Part shown: piece by piece, positions 28,429 to 38,184 of the stretch | Numbering within the stretch: the first letter of the stretch is position 1 | How the letters are laid out: each line of letters begins with the position of its first letter | Origin: a virus | Lineage: Duplodnaviria; Heunggongvirae; Uroviricota; Caudoviricetes | Virus record (IMG/VR): IMGVR_UViG_3300040801_001810 | Span: 102,194 to 166,193 of that record | Length of the DNA: 64,000 nucleotides | Reading direction: 5' to 3' (one strand) | The notes under the pieces: generated by a model | The model's database searches: none | What the model was told of the DNA's origin: nothing | What the model saw: only the letters and a program-made list of their open reading frames with translations | Translations under genes and position numbers: made by a program

Positions 28429-31203
28429 TTATTCGGTTAGTGATTGATAAGAGAATTTTTCTCTTACCAAATTATCATAACTAGTATAGTCTTCAGTAGT
28501 AGGATTATCTGTTGGAACAGTATTTCGATAAGCATCTTCACCAATTTCTAGATTACGTATTACATTTTGTTCAAATGAACGACCACTATATCCTCTTGTT
28601 TGAAGATGAATATGATCTTCTGAATAAGGAATATAAGTACCTTGATCTAGTGTTTGTGCTATATCTAAATTATCTAAATACTTTTCATCAATATGATGAA
28701 TTTCTATTATTTCCCCAAATTGATCTCTACCTCTAATAGAAGTAGTTCCAATAGATTCTATTTTAAGTTTGAATGGTAATGGAATACTGCTTCTAGTTTG
28801 ATCTCCAAGATCCAATCCAACTAATTCTCCTCTATTTGTACCATATCTATTAGCTCTCTTTTCTCCGTACTCTTTAGCGTGCTCTAAAGTAGATCCTGTT
28901 ATAGCTAGTCCTCTATTTCCAGTAGAAACTCTTGATCCTTGAATATCATAAGCTAGTCCTCTAGCTAGATCTTCATCGATCTTAGCTTTTTGACTTTCTT
29001 CCTGTCTAAGCAGCCTTTCTTGTTCTAATAATTTATTTTTATCATCTTGTTCTTTTTTACTTAATTCTTTTTCTGCAATGATTCGTTTTTCATCTTCTTG
29101 TCTAATTTTATCTAAGCTAGTAGCATAATCTTGCTTTCTCTTAGCTTCTTCAGCTTCAGCTATTGCTAGTGAATCTCTAAGATCTTTTCTTAATTCATCA
29201 ACACGAGCTTCATCCTTAGCTAGTGCTGCTTCTTTTTGTCCTAAGTAATCAGCTTGCTCAGTTCTTTCTTTAAATGCAATTAGTTCATCATCACTAAAAT
29301 CTCTATCTTGAACATCTAATTCCTGCTGTTCGATTAGGTCTTTCTTAGCTCTATCTAACCTAGCTGTAGCAATTCTTTCGCCAAGAGCAGTCTTAGTATC
29401 ATCAGCAGCTTGTGCTCTATTTGCTACTTTTCTATATTCGTCCTGTAACCCTTGATCATATTCATCACTCAGTACAAAATTAGTAGCATCATCATATTCG
29501 CTTCGAGCTTGTTCAACTTTTTCATTTTGACGTTCAATTTGTTTCTGTCTAAACTTAGAACGCTCATCTTCTGGAACTTCTTGTAATCTATCAAGTCTTT
29601 CCTGGGCATCATTTAGTTTTTTAAGTTCGTCTTCTCTACCAACCTCAGTAGATGCACTATCAAAGGCTGCTTGTTCTGCATCTAATTCTTTTTGTCTAGA
29701 GTCTAATTCTGCTTGCTTAGAATCAATTGAACTCTTAACTGTATCTAGAGGAGGAGCAAGTTCAGATAAATTAGAAAATAGATCTTCTCTAGTAATAACA
29801 CTCTTAGCAGCAAATCCTGTTCTAGTAGGAGATATAACTTTGTAAGTTCTTGTATTAGCTATGCCTTGTTCTAATACCATTACCAAATCTGTATCACCAG
29901 TTCCAGCTCCTACAACTTTAACTATATATTGTTGTTTACCAGTATCAACTATCTTTGCTATTTCTGGATCAAGACTATTAAATAATCTCTCTACTGCATA
30001 TATAATTTGATCAATAAAAGGCTCTGATCTATTTGCACTAAAGTTTCCAGTTAACTCGCCTTGAGCTGGAGACCAACCGTAATCATCAAATGCTGCTTCA
30101 AAGTCAATTAATATTTCATCTGGTGTTCTAGACATATACTCTTGAATAGTTGCTACATCTTCAACTTTAGATATAGTTAAATCATCATTACCAACATCTA
30201 ATTTAATAGGATTGATACTAGCTAGTATTTCATTACTAATTGATTTATTAATGTCTCTTGCAAAAAAGTTATATGTTTCTCCAATTGGATCACCGTTAGG
30301 AGTAACTATCATTCCAGTCGATACAAAGTGTACGTCGTTAATAGCTACTAAAGTATGTTCTGCTCTAAAATCGTTAATGTCCCCAAAGGTAAGAAGTATG
30401 TTCAATACATTTGAATAATTATTACCAACAGCTGTAGTAATACCACCATTTCTATTGTAGTCAAACTCATCAGCTCTTCTTAATTGATTAGACAAAGATA
30501 ATGGATTACCATTACTATCACCCCAAATAGAATCTTCTAATACTTCAGCAAAGTCTTCAAAATCTCTGCTCTTTTCCTGGAGACCAAGTTGCTTAGATAA
30601 ACCAAGACTTGCTTTCTTACCTAATAAAATATCTTCTATGGTTTCGTTAGATCTAATTATTTGTGGATTTCCATTAGAATCATAGTTAGTGCTATATGAA
30701 TTAGGAGCAGGATCGTCACCAAGCTGAGTAAGTCTAGGTACAAATTTAGCTAGCTTATGATCTGCAAGCGCTCTATATGTATCTACTTTATTTTGTATGA
30801 TCTTACCAGCATTACGATTTTGTGCTTCCATAGTAGCTTGAATTAGATTTAGGTATCCAACTTCTTTAAATGCTACTGCTATGGATCCTTGAACTAGGAT
30901 TTGACCTTTAGCTACTGCATCAAAGTTTTGTGATGCATATCCAAATATAGGAGTTTTTGACTGATTAACATTCCATTGTATAGTTACAATATCGTCAACC
31001 CAGATATCACCATAGAATACTCTACAGTCAGCACCAGAAAAATAGTCATATGGATATGTTCTATAGTTAGCACGGGCGGCATCTGTATTAGGTGCTTGTG
31101 CTGAACCTTTAAAATTAGATATATCCTGGCTATTTATAGAAGACTGATGATCATTAAGATCTTTAGATTTTCTTCTAAGTTGACTGTTAATTCTTTCTGC
31201 CAT
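28429..31203 (-). CDS. Tube-fold virion protein fused to a coiled coil and a C-terminal M23-peptidase-like domain
   Basis: 924 aa; N-terminal YFSGADCRVFYGD..SKTPIFGY..AKGQILVQGSI paralogous to the tube; E/K/Q/R-rich coiled coil aa ~490-750; GLD..IHHID..HIHLQ at the C-terminus. Confidence 0.6.
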   Translation of the reverse strand: MAERINSQLRRKSKDLNDHQSSINSQDISNFKGSAQAPNTDAARANYRTYPYDYFSGADCRVFYGDIWVDDIVTIQWNVNQSKTPIFGYASQNFDAVAKGQILVQGSIAVAFKEVGYLNLIQATMEAQNRNAGKIIQNKVDTYRALADHKLAKFVPRLTQLGDDPAPNSYSTNYDSNGNPQIIRSNETIEDILLGKKASLGLSKQLGLQEKSRDFEDFAEVLEDSIWGDSNGNPLSLSNQLRRADEFDYNRNGGITTAVGNNYSNVLNILLTFGDINDFRAEHTLVAINDVHFVSTGMIVTPNGDPIGETYNFFARDINKSISNEILASINPIKLDVGNDDLTISKVEDVATIQEYMSRTPDEILIDFEAAFDDYGWSPAQGELTGNFSANRSEPFIDQIIYAVERLFNSLDPEIAKIVDTGKQQYIVKVVGAGTGDTDLVMVLEQGIANTRTYKVISPTRTGFAAKSVITREDLFSNLSELAPPLDTVKSSIDSKQAELDSRQKELDAEQAAFDSASTEVGREDELKKLNDAQERLDRLQEVPEDERSKFRQKQIERQNEKVEQARSEYDDATNFVLSDEYDQGLQDEYRKVANRAQAADDTKTALGERIATARLDRAKKDLIEQQELDVQDRDFSDDELIAFKERTEQADYLGQKEAALAKDEARVDELRKDLRDSLAIAEAEEAKRKQDYATSLDKIRQEDEKRIIAEKELSKKEQDDKNKLLEQERLLRQEESQKAKIDEDLARGLAYDIQGSRVSTGNRGLAITGSTLEHAKEYGEKRANRYGTNRGELVGLDLGDQTRSSIPLPFKLKIESIGTTSIRGRDQFGEIIEIHHIDEKYLDNLDIAQTLDQGTYIPYSEDHIHLQTRGYSGRSFEQNVIRNLEIGEDAYRNTVPTDNPTTEDYTSYDNLVREKFSYQSLTE

Positions 31204-31214
31204 TAATTCATCCT

Positions 31215-32294
31215 TTAGATTGCAGGCTGAGCTTTGAGGTTACTAATTCCAGCTACTCCAGAGCGCCCTTGTTCAGACTGGTAGCCATTGTATCCTTTAA
31301 TATTTTGTTCATAGTTTGAAACTTCTCTATTTATTTTCTCTAACTCATTAAGAAGAAAAGCTTTAATTTTAAGTTGCTTTGTTTTTTCATTATTAAGATC
31401 TTGTCTAGTTACTGTTGTCTTTCCTCTGAATACAGAAGTTAACAGGGTACTTAGTCCAAAGGATGCACCTAATGTAAGTACTCCACTAACTGCTCTCCTA
31501 CCAGTTTCTAGATCTAACGCATCGATTGCATTATTAGTATCTTGTAATTGTTGCTGAATTCTATTTTTATATTCTAGTATAGCTGTTAATTGATTATCGA
31601 CAAACAATCCTTTTGCTTGTCTTTCAAATAACATATTCTTAAAATCATTAATTTCTCTATAAGCTACTAATTCATCAATATCTCTAGCTACATATTGCAT
31701 TGTATTTTCTGAGTATAAATCATTAATAGAATGAACTTGTCCAGCTTGAGTAAATTCAACTCCATATAGTCTTAGTATAGATTGATGTCCATACTCATTA
31801 TGAAAAATTAGTATTAAATCTAAAGGAGGAAGTTGATCAGGTAATGGAGATGTAGCTCTATCTGTTGGGTTTCTAACATAATTGATTTGTCTAACTACAT
31901 CATATAATGGTGCTCTATCAAATACTATAAATACCATACTACCAGCTATGCTTCTTCCTCCAGCTGTATATGCTTTAGCGTGGGATCTTCCTAGTACTCT
32001 TACTGGAGCTTTTTCTCTAAAAGTAGAATAAGAAAATGTCTCGAGATTACCAAGAACAATTAGTTGATCATTTAGTTGTACAATTGTTGTACAGTCAGTT
32101 CCACTATAAGAGGAATTTGACTTTTCAAATTTAATTATTGGATCAGGGGAAAACGGATTAGTTTCAACAGGAGCACCTAGAGTAAAAGGTCTATCACCAG
32201 AAACCTGCTGTTGAAAAGCAGATATATTTTCTGTGCGTTCCTTAAACTCGTCTCTTGCGTAATTACCAACTTTAGTAAAGATATTATTAGGCAT
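31215..32294 (-). CDS. Tail tube paralogue (minor tube/baseplate-proximal protein)
   Basis: 359 aa; SGTDC..FSYSTFREKAPVRVLG..GGRSIAGSMVF clearly paralogous to the 243 aa tube; C-terminal coiled coil and hydrophobic segment. Confidence 0.7.
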   Translation of the reverse strand: MPNNIFTKVGNYARDEFKERTENISAFQQQVSGDRPFTLGAPVETNPFSPDPIIKFEKSNSSYSGTDCTTIVQLNDQLIVLGNLETFSYSTFREKAPVRVLGRSHAKAYTAGGRSIAGSMVFIVFDRAPLYDVVRQINYVRNPTDRATSPLPDQLPPLDLILIFHNEYGHQSILRLYGVEFTQAGQVHSINDLYSENTMQYVARDIDELVAYREINDFKNMLFERQAKGLFVDNQLTAILEYKNRIQQQLQDTNNAIDALDLETGRRAVSGVLTLGASFGLSTLLTSVFRGKTTVTRQDLNNEKTKQLKIKAFLLNELEKINREVSNYEQNIKGYNGYQSEQGRSGVAGISNLKAQPAI

Positions 32295-32312
32295 TAGACC
32301 CTCTAGATATAA

Positions 32313-32342
32313 TAAGCCCCATGCATCACTACATGAGGCTTA
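32313..32342 (-). terminator. Stem-loop after tube gene (weak terminator or processing site)
   Basis: Minus strand TAAGCCTCATG-TAGTGATG-CATGGGGCTTA with a U.G pair that forms only on the minus strand; weak U-rich tail. Confidence 0.5.
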
Positions 32343-32352
32343 GCGTCACGAA

Positions 32353-33084
32353 TTAAGCTAGGCTTTGTGCGATTTCTGCTTGTTGTACTGCGGTAAGATT
32401 ATTAATCTGTGTAAGAACGTCAGCTTTTACATTAACATTCCCGCCATTTTGACTAACCGCTTGCCAGCCTATAATAGCTCTAGCAACAAATGTCATTTGT
32501 GTTTCAGTAACGATATCATCAATAGATACACCAGAACCTTCATTAATTAATTCTACACCAAGAATATGCATAGCACTGATGTTACCATACTCATTCATAG
32601 ATGTTAATGAAATTGTAAAAGGTGGTAGCTGATCACTATAATTAGCTACTGATTTGGCTGAACCTAGAATGCTAAGTGAATCCAACTGATCTTTACCTAA
32701 TAACTTACTTCTTCCTCCAGCAGGAATGTCAGTAACCTTTTTAAAATATTTATATCTATCTGAAGGACCCTGGTTTGTTTCTGAGAATGTGCCTTCCATG
32801 ATGTCATGAAGTGCATGACGATCAAAGTTGGTAAAAATCAGAGATCCAGCGTGTCCTCTCTTACCTCTACCAAAAGATACTGCGTCTACACTACCCATAA
32901 CATAGATAGGAGCTTTTTCTCTAGTAGTTGAATAAGAAATACCATTTAGGTTTCCAATTAGAATTCCGTCTATTGTTGCTACAATATCTGTACCAGCAGA
33001 AGCATTATAAGATTGTCTTATACCTTCTACAGCAGATTCAACGGTTTGATAATTGGCAGCCTGTGGTGATAACGATTGTGCCAT
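32353..33084 (-). CDS. Major tail tube protein
   Basis: 243 aa immediately after the sheath; AGTDIVA..ISYSTTREKAPIYVMG..FGRGKRGHAGSLIF..LPPFTI..NEYG..GVELINEGSGVSIDD. Confidence 0.8.
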   Translation of the reverse strand: MAQSLSPQAANYQTVESAVEGIRQSYNASAGTDIVATIDGILIGNLNGISYSTTREKAPIYVMGSVDAVSFGRGKRGHAGSLIFTNFDRHALHDIMEGTFSETNQGPSDRYKYFKKVTDIPAGGRSKLLGKDQLDSLSILGSAKSVANYSDQLPPFTISLTSMNEYGNISAMHILGVELINEGSGVSIDDIVTETQMTFVARAIIGWQAVSQNGGNVNVKADVLTQINNLTAVQQAEIAQSLA

Positions 33085-33107
33085 CGGATAACCTCCAATT
33101 TGTTAGT

Positions 33108-33131
33108 GAGTGGGGTGATTAAACCCCACTC
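33108..33131 (-). promoter_or_regulatory. Strong intergenic stem-loop between sheath and tube genes
   Basis: GAGTGGGGT / ACCCCACTC perfect 9 bp inverted repeat; no U-tract; tube SD (GGAGG) lies just downstream on the minus strand. Confidence 0.55.
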
Positions 33132-33137
33132 TAGTAG

Positions 33138-35900
33138 TTAGGAAACTGGAAGATTTTTTCTCAGTTTAACTGTAGTTCTAATCTTCTTGATTGTGAAGAT
33201 AGGAACTAATATCAGGTCGACTTCAACCACACCGATCACTTGCTGTGTAGCACTTGATGTTACGGAGAAATCAAACTGTCTAAGTCCAGACATAGAAACT
33301 AGAGCATTTGAAATCATCTGCTCAAGAGAAGTTCTTACTTCCACACTATTTGGTTTTCCAATAAAGCTATCTGCGATTGCATAGACTCTATTAGCTGCTT
33401 CGGCTGTTATGCTAAATGTTGACCAATTAACAAAATCACTTCCAACAGGTGCGGCTGTAACGTCTTCAACTATAACTGGGTTTCTACCAGGTCTTGTCTT
33501 CATTGTTACGTATCTGGCGCTATTCATTGCTTCATATTGTGTAGAAGACAATCCGAATCTAAGATTCTGAATTCCAGATATTGCTTTATTTGTAGGTGAA
33601 ATGTCATAAGGCATTGATGCTAACATACCTGCATAAGCTGCTTGACCATTAGCTACATATGGGCGTCCTCTACCTAAATTTAGGAAGACTGGTTCAAATG
33701 CTACAACAGAAATAAACTTATTCTGTATAGTTGCCATTAGGTTTGCTGCTCTAGTAGGATCAGAAGTATCTCTAACCGTTAATCTTTTTACCCATAGATC
33801 TTTATTTGCTTGAGTCACATCTTCCATTGGCTTAGCACCAAGGATTGCATGTGGTTGTATATTGTTGATTGAAAGATCTTCAAGAAATTCATCTAGATCA
33901 CCTGCGTAATCTACTGCAATAGTTTCTTTTAGTCCTGTAATAGGATTAAATCTTTCAGTTAGCTCATCAATATATGCTCCCATTGGTACCCATAAATCAG
34001 CACCATAGTTGCGTAGTAACTCATAAGCAGTATTAAACTGTTCTTTACGTTCTCTACCGTTAAGAATGTTTCCATCTTTACCACCAGTCATAGATCTGGC
34101 AGCAGTTGTGATGTTAGGCCATGTTGGTAGGAATCTGTATCTGAATCTGATATAAGATAAATCAGTTGAATCCAGTTTAAGTCCACCAGGACCAGGTAAC
34201 AATCCTACAGTATTAAAAGTGAATTTTCCATTATTTGGATCAGTTAGATCAACAGTAGACCCAACCTCATAGGATATTCTAGTTCCATAGTTTACATACA
34301 TGTCAAACACAGGAGCAGAATTAAATACTATTTCTTGTCCTCTAACAAAGTAATCAGAAGGATAAGCATTTGAAGTAGTAAGACCATTCAAATTTTCCTT
34401 CTCAGTAAGAGTACCCTTAATAGTGTTAGCTGAAACTCTTACATAGACGTTTGGTCTAATCGAATTTCTAGAATCAACAAGTGTCTGCATGATTGGATTA
34501 CCACTAGCAGTAGGTCCTACTTTAAAAGTAGCTACTCCAGAAACGCCTGTTGTTCCTGTCCAGTTCTCTAAATAAATACCAGAAGTAGTGTTATATGGTA
34601 GTGTCTGCCAGAATCCATTAGGATCGCTAGTTGTTGACACTTGTACTACGATGTTGCCTGAAGGTCTAACATCAATTCCATTAACTTCTTTTTGTGCAAT
34701 ACCTGAAGCAGCAGCTAGTAAGTAATTACCTCTGTAATTAGTATAATAACTATCAGTCATGATAACGCCGCTTGCAATTCCACTATTAGATGTTTCCTCT
34801 GTATCGTCTAGACATAAAGGAACACTTATTCTAATTTCTTCTTGTGCTGTCCCACCTAAGTAGTAACCACCAGAAAGTGTAGGTCCGCCTTCTCCGCCAC
34901 CACCATCCATTAATGCATAATCTAATGAATAAACGTATTCAGAAACAATCGAACCACTTGGGTCAGATGAATAAATACCATCACTATCATAATCATACAT
35001 TGCTTGAAGTGTTTGCCATGCTGCTGGAGATTTACCGTCCAGAGGCATTAGTGAAAACGAATTAACAGCTGCGCCTTTGCTTGAAAGCTTTTCCCAATTT
35101 GAGATGCTTACAGCTTCAACAGCTTCTATTTCAATAAGATTATTTCCAGCAGTATGTTCTCCATTAATTGGACTAGGAATCATATATCCACTAGTTGTGA
35201 TATATCCTGCATCTATTACATCTGGTAGGGAAATTTCTACAAATGAATTTGTAGAATTAACTCCAGTACTTGAACCACTTACAGCTATTTCGAAGTCAGC
35301 AAGTATTCCTGAGTATGAAGCAACCATTATTGAATTTAAATTTATATTTGCATTTATGGCATCAACCAGCTCCGCCACATTTCTAGCATCTACGTTTGGA
35401 TTAGTTGGATGTTCTGGGTCTACTGAAATTACAGAAGTTGTACCAGTTTTTGGATTATAGATAGCAACATTTCTATTGTCATCATATCCAATAGTAGTAC
35501 CATTATAAATAGCTCCTGGATAAAGAGCCTCTAGCTTTAATGAAGTAAGGTTGCTGCCTTGTTCCTGATCAACACCAGTTCCAGTAGTTTCCTCTATCTC
35601 TATTTTAGCTTTAGTTCCGTTACCAATACGAACACCTACAACAGTAGGATATCCACCCTGTACATCCCAACTTTCGAAGATACCTCTTACAAGATCGCCC
35701 GCTCCCAGTCTTCCAAAAACAAATTCAGCGTCCTCTGGCTTGTCCATTAGAATTGGCTCATACATTGGGCCGTCTTCAGCAGTGCCTAGAACAACTATTC
35801 TCTTGTTTCTTTGAACAGGGGATGGAGTTACATTAAGGCCAAAATCTTGTACGTAAGTCGCTGGAGATGGAGTTGTTTTTTCTCGAGCTTTAATAGCCAT
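33138..35900 (-). CDS. Contractile tail sheath protein
   Basis: 920 aa; VVLGTAEDGPMYEP N-terminus and sheath C-terminal domain (FIGKPNS..SLEQMISNAL..VVEVDLILVPIFTIKKIRTTV). Confidence 0.9.
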   Translation of the reverse strand: MAIKAREKTTPSPATYVQDFGLNVTPSPVQRNKRIVVLGTAEDGPMYEPILMDKPEDAEFVFGRLGAGDLVRGIFESWDVQGGYPTVVGVRIGNGTKAKIEIEETTGTGVDQEQGSNLTSLKLEALYPGAIYNGTTIGYDDNRNVAIYNPKTGTTSVISVDPEHPTNPNVDARNVAELVDAINANINLNSIMVASYSGILADFEIAVSGSSTGVNSTNSFVEISLPDVIDAGYITTSGYMIPSPINGEHTAGNNLIEIEAVEAVSISNWEKLSSKGAAVNSFSLMPLDGKSPAAWQTLQAMYDYDSDGIYSSDPSGSIVSEYVYSLDYALMDGGGGEGGPTLSGGYYLGGTAQEEIRISVPLCLDDTEETSNSGIASGVIMTDSYYTNYRGNYLLAAASGIAQKEVNGIDVRPSGNIVVQVSTTSDPNGFWQTLPYNTTSGIYLENWTGTTGVSGVATFKVGPTASGNPIMQTLVDSRNSIRPNVYVRVSANTIKGTLTEKENLNGLTTSNAYPSDYFVRGQEIVFNSAPVFDMYVNYGTRISYEVGSTVDLTDPNNGKFTFNTVGLLPGPGGLKLDSTDLSYIRFRYRFLPTWPNITTAARSMTGGKDGNILNGRERKEQFNTAYELLRNYGADLWVPMGAYIDELTERFNPITGLKETIAVDYAGDLDEFLEDLSINNIQPHAILGAKPMEDVTQANKDLWVKRLTVRDTSDPTRAANLMATIQNKFISVVAFEPVFLNLGRGRPYVANGQAAYAGMLASMPYDISPTNKAISGIQNLRFGLSSTQYEAMNSARYVTMKTRPGRNPVIVEDVTAAPVGSDFVNWSTFSITAEAANRVYAIADSFIGKPNSVEVRTSLEQMISNALVSMSGLRQFDFSVTSSATQQVIGVVEVDLILVPIFTIKKIRTTVKLRKNLPVS

Positions 35901-36834
35901 TTAGTCTATCCTCCGAGTTGGTTAATTGAACCCACTTATTAACTAATTTGTCATAAGAAAGTCCTATTGATTGATCTCCTTCACTAATTGCTTTCTGGAG
36001 ATCGTTAACAGTTATATTAAGGTTAATCTGATTTATTGGTCCTATGTATTCAGGCTTAACTCTTTCTGTTCTAATGTAGTATAGGACCGACCTAACATGG
36101 TAGTCATTTTTCATTTGAATGATGGTGTCATCTCTGACACGGCTATAGAAGTACATATTGACTATGCCTGCTTCTCTAAACATTCCTATGAAATTATCCA
36201 TGTACTCAGCTTGAAACCATTCTGTTAATCTTTCAGCTTCATAATTAGATTTACTCCAAATATTATACTGAACTAAATTATCAAAAGATTGAGCTTTTAC
36301 TTTAACATATGCTATTTTATTAGCTAATGCTTGGATAATTGTAGCTGTACTACTTGTTAAATATTTCCTACCCTCAGCACCAAAGTAACTAATATATTCT
36401 CTGAACCTAGCTTTTATTTCTTGTGTTCCTCTAAAAGGGGGACCACTTACAGTTCCAGGCTCACTCCTTACAACACCCCAAGTTATTGCATTTCTTGGGA
36501 TTTGTGGAGATGAGGTATAATTGGTGGGTGTTACTCTATTAGGTGTTAAAAAGTCAGGAAAATCTGGGGCAAAGAATATACCATTCTCAAGTATACTTTG
36601 CTCAATACTTCTATCATTTAAATATGTAATATCGTCGCTAGTTGTTAAACAATCAGTTTTATAAGGCGCTAATATTTCCATAGACTTAGACATTAAATCA
36701 TGCATTTCATATAACGAATTAATTCTCCCAACTGATTTAAGTCTAGGAGGATCAACGGTATACACTAATTGTAACTTATTAGGATTAGATGCGTTATTTT
36801 CAACAATTGTAAATCTAAAATCAGGAGTAGCCAT
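35890..36834 (-). CDS. Tail completion/terminator-like neck protein
   Basis: 314 aa just upstream of the sheath; FDNLVQYNIWSKSNYEAERLTEWF motif. Confidence 0.55.
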   Translation of the reverse strand: MATPDFRFTIVENNASNPNKLQLVYTVDPPRLKSVGRINSLYEMHDLMSKSMEILAPYKTDCLTTSDDITYLNDRSIEQSILENGIFFAPDFPDFLTPNRVTPTNYTSSPQIPRNAITWGVVRSEPGTVSGPPFRGTQEIKARFREYISYFGAEGRKYLTSSTATIIQALANKIAYVKVKAQSFDNLVQYNIWSKSNYEAERLTEWFQAEYMDNFIGMFREAGIVNMYFYSRVRDDTIIQMKNDYHVRSVLYYIRTERVKPEYIGPINQINLNITVNDLQKAISEGDQSIGLSYDKLVNKWVQLTNSEDRLNGY

Positions 36835-37391
36835 TAGTATCTAACCTCGTCTAATTCTGTACTTGCTATATAGTATTGTATATTTCCATTTTCTAATCTA
36901 TAATCATGTATTCTCATAATACTATATTTATCTATTAAAGTAAGAGCACTAATATCTGTAGGAGCAACTGAGTGATCATCCCAGTCTATCTCAAATATTT
37001 GATCTCCTCTTTTAGGTTTTACTGTATATTCAAAGTAATAAATGTATTTATCAACTAAATCTACGCCAGCTTTTAGAGGATCCACTGGTGTTCCTTTTCT
37101 ATCTACAGGTACTCGTCTTGTCTTAAGTAGTTCATCTGTATAGACATACGCTGGTCCACCAACACCTTCATGTGTTCTATTACTATAATATTCAGATGTG
37201 GTGCACCTATCAAATCGTCTGTAGACAACCCAATGTCCCTTAGCTAGTCTTTTAGGAGGATTATTCTTACCGTATAGAATCCAATATAGTTCTTGTCTTA
37301 GGTCAATGCCTTCACCTTGAACTACTTCTCCCTTATAGAAAGTACTACTTACATAAGTATCAACCGTAGTAGGATCATTAAAAAGATTCAT
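36834..37391 (-). CDS. Head closure/neck protein
   Basis: 185 aa; GHWVVYRR..C..GEGVGGPAYVYTD..YYFEYTVKPKRGDQIFE pattern; synteny. Confidence 0.55.
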   Translation of the reverse strand: MNLFNDPTTVDTYVSSTFYKGEVVQGEGIDLRQELYWILYGKNNPPKRLAKGHWVVYRRFDRCTTSEYYSNRTHEGVGGPAYVYTDELLKTRRVPVDRKGTPVDPLKAGVDLVDKYIYYFEYTVKPKRGDQIFEIDWDDHSVAPTDISALTLIDKYSIMRIHDYRLENGNIQYYIASTELDEVRY

Positions 37392-38155
37392 TATCTAAAT
37401 CCTCTCCAGCTACTACTATTTTGCCATGGTCCGCCTGGACTAGAGTTATTAAAACTAACCGCTCTTACTATTCTATTATGTTGTGGTTCTCTTGTTGGAT
37501 GAGCATATCCTTTACTTTCGTCCCAGTATCCTCTAACTGCTACATTCATATTTCTCATCATGCGCATAGATTCTCTCCAGCATTCATATAAATCAGCAGC
37601 TCGTTTTGGGTCATCATTAGAAGAACTATTATTTCCCCCGCCATATTTAATAGTCATATCGCCAAGAGTTTTAAGTTGATCTCCACCATTAGTTCCACCA
37701 GAAGACGAACTATTAAGTTTAGCTAGAGCTAGTACGTCATATGCTGTCTTACATTCTACATATCTTCTAATATGAAAAGGAGCACCTTGCCAGTCACAAC
37801 CATAATAATCATAAGCAATAGTAACATTAGCAGAAGCATTATTAATAATTAATAAATCAATTGCATCTAATGAATTTTTATGAATCATTCTATAAATTGT
37901 ATCATCAGTAAATGTATCAGCTACTGGACCAGCTTGAAGCTTAACTCTACCTATAGTTGTATATAATGGACAATATAATGAAGTAAACCAGAATTGATAT
38001 TCTGATTCTAGGGCAGCAATATCCCCATTAGGCAATGTGCCTGATATACCAGGACTAACAGTAACAGTATATTGTCTATTAGAGGCACATCTTTCAGTAA
38101 AATCTAGAAAAACTATATTATCATTAACACTTATTGTATAATCAGTATAAACCAT
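37391..38155 (-). CDS. Head-tail adaptor with N-terminal Ig-like remnant
   Basis: 254 aa; QYTVTVSPGISG (Big_5-like) then YVECKTAYDVL..KTLGDMTIKY adaptor-like segment. Confidence 0.55.
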   Translation of the reverse strand: MVYTDYTISVNDNIVFLDFTERCASNRQYTVTVSPGISGTLPNGDIAALESEYQFWFTSLYCPLYTTIGRVKLQAGPVADTFTDDTIYRMIHKNSLDAIDLLIINNASANVTIAYDYYGCDWQGAPFHIRRYVECKTAYDVLALAKLNSSSSGGTNGGDQLKTLGDMTIKYGGGNNSSSNDDPKRAADLYECWRESMRMMRNMNVAVRGYWDESKGYAHPTREPQHNRIVRAVSFNNSSPGGPWQNSSSWRGFR

Positions 38156-38184
38156 ATGTGGTCTCCTTTAGAGTAGTATAAGAC

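Noticed and set aside
32353-33084. AQSL repeated at both ends of the tube protein
   Set aside because: A four-residue match with no further support; likely chance
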